Source: Vulcanimicrobiaceae bacterium
GTDB lineage: Bacteria; Vulcanimicrobiota; Vulcanimicrobiia; Vulcanimicrobiales; Vulcanimicrobiaceae
Assembly: GCA_036559125.1 (NCBI GenBank)
Contig: DATBTT010000048.1
Coordinates: 2,454-66,453 of the forward strand
Direction of reading: 5' to 3'
Length of the DNA stretch: 64,000 bases
In this document: positions 52,745 to 60,946 of the stretch, in pieces
Layout: every line of letters starts with the position of its first letter
How positions within the stretch are numbered: position 1 is the stretch's first letter
Position numbers and translations under genes: made by a program
The notes under the pieces: model-generated
Told to the model about the DNA's origin: nothing
Databases searched by the model: none
The model's input: only the letters and a program-made list of their open reading frames with translations

Positions 52745-53161
52745 ATGGCTTTGTTGATTCGGAACAAGACGACCGGGACGGTTATCGCGGGCGGCGTGGA
52801 AATAGCCAGGGGGCGGCTCGAGCGCCTTATCGGGTTGATCGGACGCGTTTCGGTCGCATCCGACGCAGGTTTGTGGTTCGACAGGTGCCGGGCCATCCAC
52901 ACCCTATTCGTTCGCGCGCCCCTCGACGTCATCTGGCTGGACCGGGATCTACGAGTCGTGGAGATGGCGATCAACGTACGACCGTGGACGTTCGCCGTAA
53001 CGTGCTCGAAGGCGCACTCGGTGCTGGAACTCGGTTCGGGTGCAACGCGCGACGTGCTGGTAGGCGATACGTTGTCGTTCGAGGCGCAGGCGCTGGTTCG
53101 CGAACCGTTTACCCTACACGCGTCGGATGTCGATTCCCAACTGGAGCGCTTCGCAAGCTGA
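52745..53161 (+). CDS. DUF192-domain protein
   Basis: ARGRLERLIGLIGR....GLWFDRCRAIHTLFVRAPLDVIWLDRDLRVV...VLELGSG is the DUF192 (COG1430) pattern. It starts 2 nt after the peptidase stop. Confidence 0.7.
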   Translation: MALLIRNKTTGTVIAGGVEIARGRLERLIGLIGRVSVASDAGLWFDRCRAIHTLFVRAPLDVIWLDRDLRVVEMAINVRPWTFAVTCSKAHSVLELGSGATRDVLVGDTLSFEAQALVREPFTLHASDVDSQLERFAS

Positions 53162-54551
53162 CCGCACCGTATGCTTGCATTCCGGAGGCGAGCAGCAGCC
53201 CCAGGCCCGCGAAGGTCATCGCTTTATCGAACCACCAAATCGAGAAAACGATCGACGTGTCGTTGAACGCTTTCCAGGTGACGTCGACAGGCGCATCCGG
53301 CGCAGGCTTGCGAATGTGCGACGTGCTCACGAAGGTTTGCGTCATCGCCCCCACTTCGAGTATGTGCGCGCGAGCGAAGAACAGCACCAGCGTGATGCTT
53401 GCGGTTATTAGCAGCAACGGCATCGGCTTCCATCGCCACCACACGAGTACGATGAGGCACGCCGGTGCGATGGTTGCAAACGGCGCCCAGTTTATCACGT
53501 TCTCCCACGGAACCGCCAGCAGCGCGACGGCAATCCACGCGCGATTGGCCCCGGTGCGCGATGCCAACATGCATGCCAGCAGTGTCGCGACGGCAATTTC
53601 GGAGAGATGAATGAAGCTGCCACCCATCACGGAGCATGCGGCCGGCACGGCGACGAGAAACGCCCGGTCACCGTACCGCCGGGCGATGTGATGCCCGAGA
53701 CTGACGCCCACGATCAACATCAACGCGTACTGAACGGAGCCGATCCGTACGGCCGTCGCTGCCGGAATGCCGAGGTGATAGAGCAACGTCGTCAGGCTGA
53801 ACTGCGCGAGGTTGTTCACTTCGGAAGCGGCGTGATGTGGCAATAGCGACGTGAAATAGAACAGCGAGGTGTAAGGTGCAGCGACGCAGAGCGAAAGCAC
53901 CGCAAGCGCGAGCGCTGCGACCGCAAACCGCCACCGGACCGCGGGAACGAACAAAAAGAGCGCGGCGTCGACCGGTAGCGCGACGTGCGGTTCGATCATG
54001 GCGAGCGCGCCGCAAACGACCGTAGCCGTCCATCGTTCGCGGCGGGCGAAATACGCCGCCAGAAACAAAAGCGCAATCGGCACGGGAGCCAGGCCGCCTT
54101 GTGGAATCGACGGCATCCCGATGGCTAGCGCCGACGCGGCAATCGCACACGGCAGCGGTAAGCGTGACAGCCGCGCGACCACCCACGCGCTAACCGCGAT
54201 GCTCGCTAGGAGAATTAACCACCACACGATCTTCGCCCAGAGGAACGGCAACAATGACAGCGGGACGAAGAATGCGAGCGCATACGGTGGCAGCGGCGCC
54301 GGCACGGTAACGTTTTGAAACTTGCGCGAGAGGGCGGGCGCCGCTTGCGCTTCGCAGTCGTGCAACGGCTGATCGAGGTACGGATTCGCGCGTTCCGCTA
54401 TGACGGCGCCCCCGCAATAAAATGCCTGGAAATCGAATCCGTTGTCGACGACCGGGTGGATCCAGAGGTTGGCCGTCGCGGCCAGCGCGAGAGCCAGTAA
54501 AATCCCGATCGTCCATTTCAAACTGCGCGGCAGCATTGCAAGCGATTGCAT
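53109..54551 (-). CDS. polytopic GT-C-type membrane glycosyltransferase-like protein (DUF2029/GT87-like)
   Basis: 480 aa, more than 10 TM helices. N-terminal loop DNGFDFQAFYCGGAVIAERANPY is typical of DUF2029. Confidence 0.5.
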   Translation of the reverse strand: MQSLAMLPRSLKWTIGILLALALAATANLWIHPVVDNGFDFQAFYCGGAVIAERANPYLDQPLHDCEAQAAPALSRKFQNVTVPAPLPPYALAFFVPLSLLPFLWAKIVWWLILLASIAVSAWVVARLSRLPLPCAIAASALAIGMPSIPQGGLAPVPIALLFLAAYFARRERWTATVVCGALAMIEPHVALPVDAALFLFVPAVRWRFAVAALALAVLSLCVAAPYTSLFYFTSLLPHHAASEVNNLAQFSLTTLLYHLGIPAATAVRIGSVQYALMLIVGVSLGHHIARRYGDRAFLVAVPAACSVMGGSFIHLSEIAVATLLACMLASRTGANRAWIAVALLAVPWENVINWAPFATIAPACLIVLVWWRWKPMPLLLITASITLVLFFARAHILEVGAMTQTFVSTSHIRKPAPDAPVDVTWKAFNDTSIVFSIWWFDKAMTFAGLGLLLASGMQAYGAVSLRSAPVGNRHPTRVG

Positions 54552-56081
54552 TTAGCTCACCCGCACGGTCATAGGCTGTTCCTCACTAAGACTCGCGAAA
54601 ACGGCGCTCGCTTTCGCCGCATACTCGATCGTGTGCGCCGTGTCGCCCTTTTCTCGATAGATCCCTTCGATGCGACGCAACACTATGTGATAAAGCGATT
54701 CATAGAGTGCGGCGTTGGTCTCGATCCACGGCTCGGCACCGTCGCTCCAGCCTAAACGCCCGGTATAGAGCGAATCGGCGGCTCGATAGTGCGCGAGCGC
54801 TTCGTTGACGTTGCCGAGTTGATATTGTTTGTCGCCGTCGCTGACGTGGAGGCGGAAGCGCCGCGCATCGAGGGTGATGTGGGAGAAGCTAACCGCAACG
54901 TCGCCGTCGGAAGTGAAATAGCGGTCGACGTGGCCGGGTCCTACGATGAGGCCGATCGCTTTGCGAATGTTGCTGCAGGCGACGCGGAGGTTGGCAAATG
55001 CGAGCGAGGGGTCGACGTCGGGCCAAAATGCGTGGCAGAGTTCCTCGCGCGAGGAACTGCCGTGTTCTTTGAGCAGTAAGTACTTGACGATCTGCTGGTC
55101 GCGACGGCGGACCCATTTGACGGCGCGGTTACCGATTTTCGCGTCGAAGGAACCAAACATCCGCGCGATCATCGGCGCCGCATCGGCCACGATTCCCGGC
55201 GCTTGCGCGGCGCCGTGCCGGCTTCCCATAAGGTGCGCGGCAACGCGATAGGGGCGATAGCCAAAGTCGGGATCGCGCGCGACAAAAGCGCCGCGCCGTT
55301 CGAGTAGCGCGAGATCGTTTTCATCGTCGAGCATGCCGGTGCCGACCAACGTGTCCCACAGGTCCGCGCTTACGCCGGTCAGGCTTCCGATGGACGCGTC
55401 GATGAATTCGCGAAAGAAAAACGATTGCGATTCCGACCATCGCGCATAGGCGTTGCGCAATGACCGGCCGTGCGCGCCGGCTTCACGAACGGCGCCGGCG
55501 ACCACGATAGGCCAGCCCTCGGTTTCCTCGGCGAAGCGTTGAACGTCCGCCGGCGTGTAGGCAACTCCGAGGGCGTCGGCCACTCGCTCGATCTCCCCGG
55601 TTTCAAAAGCCAGCGCACGGGCGTCGCAAACGACCGCAAGGCCATGGGGCACGAGCCGGGAGATATCTAGTACCTCGCGCGATCGAGAGGCGTAAATAAG
55701 TGACACATTGTCGGGGGCGGTCTCGACCAAACGCGCCAGGGCAGCGGCGACGTCGGGAGCGAGCAGTTCGAGGTTGTCGATAGCCAAGTCGACCGGACCG
55801 TCTGCGACGATTGCCCTCAGCAGGGCATCGAGGGAGCGCGACGCCGGTAGATCCAGCGTCTCGGCAACTTCATTGACGATCTCCTCGAGCGTGAGGCCGG
55901 CGCTCGCGCTCACATAGGCATAGGGGCGCGTCGCATTGCGTAGATGCGTTACGATGGCCGTGGTTTTTCCCGAACCGGACGGAGCAACTAAGAACCGCAG
56001 CGGACTGCCCGTATGGCGCGTAAACCATGTGGCAACTCGCTGGCGTTCGATTGTCCCCGGTGCGAGGCGAGGAAGCGGCAT
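54552..56081 (-). CDS. MalT-like P-loop ATPase fused to a winged-helix/BTAD (SARP-type) transcriptional activator module
   Basis: N-terminus: LVAPSGSGKTTAI, LAIDNLELL, ETEGWPIVVAG. C-terminus: DARRFRLHVSDGDKQYQLGNVNEALAHYRAADSLYTGRL (BTAD-like). Confidence 0.6.
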   Translation of the reverse strand: MPLPRLAPGTIERQRVATWFTRHTGSPLRFLVAPSGSGKTTAIVTHLRNATRPYAYVSASAGLTLEEIVNEVAETLDLPASRSLDALLRAIVADGPVDLAIDNLELLAPDVAAALARLVETAPDNVSLIYASRSREVLDISRLVPHGLAVVCDARALAFETGEIERVADALGVAYTPADVQRFAEETEGWPIVVAGAVREAGAHGRSLRNAYARWSESQSFFFREFIDASIGSLTGVSADLWDTLVGTGMLDDENDLALLERRGAFVARDPDFGYRPYRVAAHLMGSRHGAAQAPGIVADAAPMIARMFGSFDAKIGNRAVKWVRRRDQQIVKYLLLKEHGSSSREELCHAFWPDVDPSLAFANLRVACSNIRKAIGLIVGPGHVDRYFTSDGDVAVSFSHITLDARRFRLHVSDGDKQYQLGNVNEALAHYRAADSLYTGRLGWSDGAEPWIETNAALYESLYHIVLRRIEGIYREKGDTAHTIEYAAKASAVFASLSEEQPMTVRVS

Positions 56082-56228
56082 GAAATAGCCCCGAGAAAGC
56101 GACCGTATACCTTCAATCGGCCGTTCCCCCGCCGAAGATTACGCAAAACGCACGGGGCCGGCATCAGACCAAGGTTATTAGCTTTGCATGACAAAGTTAT
56201 TCCGGGATCGAAACGCTGAGGACATCCT

Positions 56229-58157
56229 ATGCCGTCGCCCGAATCGTTGACCGGATACATGGTACTCGAACGCATCGACTCGCCCGCCGACCTCAAGTCG
56301 CTCACCCGTCCCGAAATGGACCTGCTCGCACAAGAGATCCGCGACTTACTCGTGCGCACGTGCGCGAAAAACGGCGGTCATCTGGCGCCGAATCTTGGCG
56401 TCGTCGAGTTGACGCTCGCCCTCGAGCGCGTCCTCAACCTGCCCCAAGACCGGATCGTCTGGGACGTCAGTCACCAGACCTACGTCCATAAGATTTTGAC
56501 CGGCCGCCGGAATCGCTTCGATACCATCCGCCAGGGCGGGGGTCTTTCGGGTTTCGCGATGCGAAGCGAATCGGAATACGACGTTTTCGGTGCGGGCCAC
56601 GCGAGCACGAGCGTGTCCGCAGCGCTGGGCATGGCCCAGGCGCGCGATTTGACTCACGGTAAGGAAACCATCGTCGCGGTTATCGGCGACGGCGCGCTGA
56701 CCGGGGGCCTCGCGTACGAAGCGCTCAACAATGCCGGAGCGCTCAAGACGAATTTTATCGTAGTTCTCAACGACAACGAGATGTCCATTGCGCCGAACGT
56801 CGGCGCCATCTCGTCGTATCTCTCCGTGCTGCGCAGCAAGCCGCTCGCGACCTTCGCGCGCCAGACCGGCAAGCGCGTTTTGGACCGCATTCCCTTCGGT
56901 GGCGCCGTCAAAAAGGGTATCGAAGCCGCCGAGATCGGTACGATGCATTTCGTGGCACCGGCGGAGAAGACGGCGGTAATCTTCGAAGAGTTGGGGTTCC
57001 GCTACATCGGACCGGTCGACGGTCACAACTACGATTCGCTGGTCGACGCAATCGAAACGGCCAAACGGTTCGCAGGGCCGGTGCTCGTGCACGTGCGCAC
57101 CGTCAAAGGCAAAGGGTACAACCCGGCCGAGAACGACTCGCGCACGTTTCACGGCGTGAGCACACCATTCGAAATTGAAAACGGCAACCTGCAAAAGAAA
57201 CCGAATGCGCTGCCGACGTTTTCCGACGCATTCGGCGATGCGATGTGCGCGGTCGCTCAGCGCGACCGGCGCATCATCGGCATTACCGCCGCCATGCCCG
57301 ACGGCACCAAGCTCTCGAAGTTCGCAAAGCAATTTCCGGATCGCTATTTCGACGTCGGCATCGCCGAGGCGCACGCGGTGTGCTTTGCCGCCGGCGCGGC
57401 GACGTCGGGGATGCGTCCGATCTGCGCCATCTATTCCACGTTCTTGCAGCGGGCGTACGATCAGATCGTCCACGACGTGTGCGTCCAGAATCTCCCGGTC
57501 GTCTTCTGCATGGATCGCGCCGGTTTGGTGGGCGATGACGGACCGACGCACATGGGCCTCTATGACATCGCTTACCTGCGCACGCTGCCCAACATGACGT
57601 TGATGGCGCCGCGCAACGAGGACGAACTGCTACCCATGCTCGAGCACGCGCTGCGACTCGACGGTCCGGCGGCCATCCGCTACCCGCGCGGATCGACCAG
57701 CGGCCGCCATCGCGACGAACCGGCCCCAATCGAACGCGGCCGCGCCGAAGTCCTGCGCCGTGGGTGCGAGGTCGCGATCCTCGCGTACGGCAACGCCGTC
57801 GACATCGCTCTGGATGCCTACGATCTGCTCGCCGCAAAGAACCCGAACGGACCCCTGCCCACCGTGGTCAACGCCCGCTTCGCCAAACCGCTGGACGAAT
57901 CGCTGCTGTTGGAACTCGCGGGGGGGCATTCACACGTTCTTACTTTAGAAGAAGCATCGCTCGCAGGCGGCTTCGGCTCGGCGGTCGTAGAGTTCGTCTC
58001 GGACCGAGGGCTTGGCGTCACGGTGGAACGCATCGGGGTGCCGAGCGTCATCGTACAGCACGACCGGCCGGAAAAGCAGCGGGCCCAATTCGGCCTTACC
58101 GCCGAGCACGTGGCAGGCCGAGCTTCCGCTGTCCTTGTGGCCCCGGTTCGCTCGTGA
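56229..58157 (+). CDS. dxs: 1-deoxy-D-xylulose-5-phosphate synthase
   Basis: GGHLAPNLGVVELTLAL, VWDVSHQTYVHKILTGRR, GAGHASTS, IGDGALTGG, AEAHAV, DRAGLVGDDGPTH. Confidence 0.95.
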   Translation: MPSPESLTGYMVLERIDSPADLKSLTRPEMDLLAQEIRDLLVRTCAKNGGHLAPNLGVVELTLALERVLNLPQDRIVWDVSHQTYVHKILTGRRNRFDTIRQGGGLSGFAMRSESEYDVFGAGHASTSVSAALGMAQARDLTHGKETIVAVIGDGALTGGLAYEALNNAGALKTNFIVVLNDNEMSIAPNVGAISSYLSVLRSKPLATFARQTGKRVLDRIPFGGAVKKGIEAAEIGTMHFVAPAEKTAVIFEELGFRYIGPVDGHNYDSLVDAIETAKRFAGPVLVHVRTVKGKGYNPAENDSRTFHGVSTPFEIENGNLQKKPNALPTFSDAFGDAMCAVAQRDRRIIGITAAMPDGTKLSKFAKQFPDRYFDVGIAEAHAVCFAAGAATSGMRPICAIYSTFLQRAYDQIVHDVCVQNLPVVFCMDRAGLVGDDGPTHMGLYDIAYLRTLPNMTLMAPRNEDELLPMLEHALRLDGPAAIRYPRGSTSGRHRDEPAPIERGRAEVLRRGCEVAILAYGNAVDIALDAYDLLAAKNPNGPLPTVVNARFAKPLDESLLLELAGGHSHVLTLEEASLAGGFGSAVVEFVSDRGLGVTVERIGVPSVIVQHDRPEKQRAQFGLTAEHVAGRASAVLVAPVRS

Positions 58158-58212
58158 TAGAATCCGTCCCAGTGCCCGAGCGGGCACGCAATACTCTAGG
58201 AGAGACTACAGT

Positions 58213-58626
58213 TTGAATTCACTGCTGCTCGCCGCGGCGACAACCGCTCCGGCGCACATCCTCAAGGGAGCGGCCGCGGCAACGGCTGCGCCCAAGCAAC
58301 TCCACCTCACGCCGCAACAGATCCAGCAGTTGATGCAGCAGCAGGCCGCGCAGCAACAGGTGCTCGTGCCGCATACCTGGTTTCAGGATCACGCCTCCTG
58401 GCTGACCCATTCGTTCGCCGGTCTCTTCATCGTCGCCGCGATCGGTCTGGTCGTGCTGCTGGCGCTGCAAACCACCAAGCAAGAGGGGTTGTCCGGAACG
58501 ATCGGCGGCCGCGTTGAATCGTCGTACGGCCGCATGGGCGCCGAAGACCAACTCAAACGCATAACGGGCGTGGTGGCAGTCGGCTTCGTAATTCTCGGCA
58601 CCATCTTGTCGCTTACCGGGATATAG
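58213..58626 (+). CDS. secG: SecG-like preprotein translocase subunit with Gln-rich N-terminal extension
   Basis: TTG 58213, 8 nt after AGGAGAG. The C-terminal 80 aa (FAGLFIVAAIGLVVLLALQTTKQEGLSGTIGG...LKRITGVVAVGFVILGTILSL) fit the two-TM SecG pattern. The N-terminus contains QQIQQLMQQQAAQQQ. Start is uncertain. Confidence 0.55.
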   Translation: MNSLLLAAATTAPAHILKGAAAATAAPKQLHLTPQQIQQLMQQQAAQQQVLVPHTWFQDHASWLTHSFAGLFIVAAIGLVVLLALQTTKQEGLSGTIGGRVESSYGRMGAEDQLKRITGVVAVGFVILGTILSLTGI

Positions 58627-58793
58627 TGCGCCTCGTGACGGGAATCGCACTGTATTCCGCGGGTTTTTTCGAGCGTTTCGTCGTTGCTCTTCGGTCACGA
58701 AGCTATGGCTTCGCTCCCTCATCGCGCCTAGAATCGATCCGAAAATCTCTCGCGGGAATTCCGTACGGTTCCCGTCGCGAGGCGCACTAGCAC

Positions 58794-59807
58794 ATGGCGC
58801 TGCTCGAGGTCAAAAATCTTCGAACGACGTTCAAGACCGAAGACGGGCCCGTAACGGCCGTCAACGGTCTTTCGTACACGCTGGAAGCGGGTTCGACGTT
58901 GGGCATCGTCGGCGAGTCGGGTTCCGGCAAATCCGTCAACGCGCTTTCGATCATGCGGTTGATTCAGAAGCCCGGCAAGATCGACGATGCAAGCGAGATT
59001 CGCTTCGACGGCCAAAACCTGCTGACGCTCTCCGAGCACGACATGCGCAAGATCCGCGGTCACAAGATCGCGATGATCTTCCAAGATCCGATGACCTCGC
59101 TCAATCCGGTTCTTACCGTCGGCGAGCAGATATCCGAAGCCATTCAACTGCATCTGGGATTCAACAAACGCGACGCGCTCGACAAAACCGTCGAAATGTT
59201 CAAAAAAGTGCGCATCCCCGCGCCCGACAAACGCGTCAAAGAATACCCGCATCAGTTTTCCGGCGGCATGCGCCAACGGGTCATGATCGCGATGGCACTC
59301 TCGTGCGATCCGCAGCTGCTGATCGCCGACGAGCCCACCACGGCTCTCGACGTCACGATTCAAGCGCAAATTCTCGAATTGATGAATGAGATGCAGAGCG
59401 AGACCGGCGCCGCGATCATTATGATCACGCACGACCTCGGCGTCGTTGCGGAAGTTTGCAAGAACGTGCTGGTGATGTACGGTGGGAACATGGTCGAGTA
59501 CGGTGCGGCCGATCAAATTTTCCAAAACCCCAAGATGCCGTACACCCAGGGACTGCTCGCATCGCTGCCGCGTTTGGACGAAACGCAGCCACGGCGGTTG
59601 GAGCCTATCCCTGGGCAGCCGCCAAACTTGTTGCGACTACCGCCGGGCTGCGCGTTCGCGCCCCGTTGCAAATATCGGATGCCGATCTGCGACGAACCCG
59701 TCCCCGTGTACGATTTCGGCGGCGGCCACGTCGCGCGCTGTTGGCTTTACGACGAGCGCGCTAAGGATCAGCGCACGGCCGACGTGGAAACGGCGGAAAA
59801 GGCGTGA
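58794..59807 (+). CDS. oligopeptide/dipeptide ABC transporter ATP-binding protein (OppD/DppD-type)
   Basis: [35 protein letters not shown], and a C-terminal oligo_HPY-type extension with a CxxxC..C pattern. Confidence 0.9.
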   Translation: MALLEVKNLRTTFKTEDGPVTAVNGLSYTLEAGSTLGIVGESGSGKSVNALSIMRLIQKPGKIDDASEIRFDGQNLLTLSEHDMRKIRGHKIAMIFQDPMTSLNPVLTVGEQISEAIQLHLGFNKRDALDKTVEMFKKVRIPAPDKRVKEYPHQFSGGMRQRVMIAMALSCDPQLLIADEPTTALDVTIQAQILELMNEMQSETGAAIIMITHDLGVVAEVCKNVLVMYGGNMVEYGAADQIFQNPKMPYTQGLLASLPRLDETQPRRLEPIPGQPPNLLRLPPGCAFAPRCKYRMPICDEPVPVYDFGGGHVARCWLYDERAKDQRTADVETAEKA

Positions 59808-60880
59808 CCGCTACCGCGCCGATCGAGACGGCCGCGCCGTCCGCCAGCCTCGTCCAAGTCAACGATCTTTATAAGTACTTTCCGATTCATGCCGGGCTGC
59901 TGTCGCGACACATAGGCGACGTGAAAGCCGTCGACGGCGTGAGCTTCGACATTCGCAAAGGCGAAACGCTCGGGCTCGTGGGGGAGTCCGGCTCCGGTAA
60001 AACGACCATCGGCCGCATGCTCTTGAAGCTGCTGGCCGCAACCAGCGGCGAAGTCATTTTCGAGGGTCGCGACATTCTGAAACTGCAACGCAGCGAGGTT
60101 CGCGCGCTCCGTAAGGACATGCAGATCATATTTCAGGATCCGTTCGCAAGCCTGAATCCGCGCATGACCGTGGGCGACATCGTGGGCGAACCGCTGCGCA
60201 TTCATCACATCGCGCAAGGGAAGGCTTCGGAAGCGCGCGTGCAAGAACTGCTCAAGCTCGTCGGCTTGCAGCCGTATCACGCCAATCGGTATCCACACGA
60301 GTTCTCGGGCGGCCAGCGCCAACGCGTCGGGATCGCGCGCGCGCTCGCGGTCGATCCGAAGTTCATCGTCTGCGACGAACCGGTCTCCGCGCTGGACGTC
60401 TCCATTCAGGCGCAGGTCATCAACTTGCTCGAAGACCTGCAACACCAACTTGGTTTGACCTACTTGTTCATCGCCCACGACCTGTCGGTCGTACGGCATA
60501 TTTCGACGCGCGTAGCGGTCATGTACGTGGGCAAGATCGTCGAAGTCGCCGACCGCGACTCGATGTACTTAAACCCGCTGCATCCGTACACGCAAGCGTT
60601 GCTCTCGGCTATTCCGATTCCCGACCCGCGCGTCGAGCGCCGCCGCAAGCGCATCGTGCTCACGGGCGACATCCCGTCACCGGTCAATCCGCCCTCGGGA
60701 TGCCGCTTTCACACGCGTTGTCCGGTCGCATTCGATCGCTGCACCGTGGAAGAGCCACCGCTCACCGAATACGCCCCCGGGCATCGCGCAGCGTGTCACT
60801 GGGTCGAAGAACACGGCGGCCAAGCCCCCGATCTGGTAAGCGGTCCAGCGGTCCTACCCCCCATCCAACCGTCACCCTGA
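59804..60880 (+). CDS. oligopeptide/dipeptide ABC transporter ATP-binding protein (OppF/DppF-type)
   Basis: [58 protein letters not shown]. Confidence 0.9.
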   Translation: MTATAPIETAAPSASLVQVNDLYKYFPIHAGLLSRHIGDVKAVDGVSFDIRKGETLGLVGESGSGKTTIGRMLLKLLAATSGEVIFEGRDILKLQRSEVRALRKDMQIIFQDPFASLNPRMTVGDIVGEPLRIHHIAQGKASEARVQELLKLVGLQPYHANRYPHEFSGGQRQRVGIARALAVDPKFIVCDEPVSALDVSIQAQVINLLEDLQHQLGLTYLFIAHDLSVVRHISTRVAVMYVGKIVEVADRDSMYLNPLHPYTQALLSAIPIPDPRVERRRKRIVLTGDIPSPVNPPSGCRFHTRCPVAFDRCTVEEPPLTEYAPGHRAACHWVEEHGGQAPDLVSGPAVLPPIQPSP

Positions 60881-60925
60881 GCCCGTCGAAGGGCCCGTCA
60901 CCCTAAGCCTCTCGAGGCACCCGTA
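60871..60925. repeat. tandem REP-like units
   Basis: gtcaccctgagcccgtcgaaggg (60871-60893), then gtcaccctaagcctctcgagg (60897-60917). The oppF-like stop codon lies inside the first unit. Confidence 0.8.
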
Positions 60926-60946
60926 ACCGCGTGAGGACCACCCAGG

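Noticed and set aside
56346-57837. 401-aa and 184-aa minus-strand ORFs inside dxs
   Set aside because: Antisense shadow frames of an unmistakable Dxs sequence.
58640-58672. Rho-independent terminator after secG (..gggaatcgcactgtattccgcgggtttttt)
   Set aside because: A T-run is present, but the best stem is only about 5 bp and is not adjacent to the T-run. This is too weak to call.
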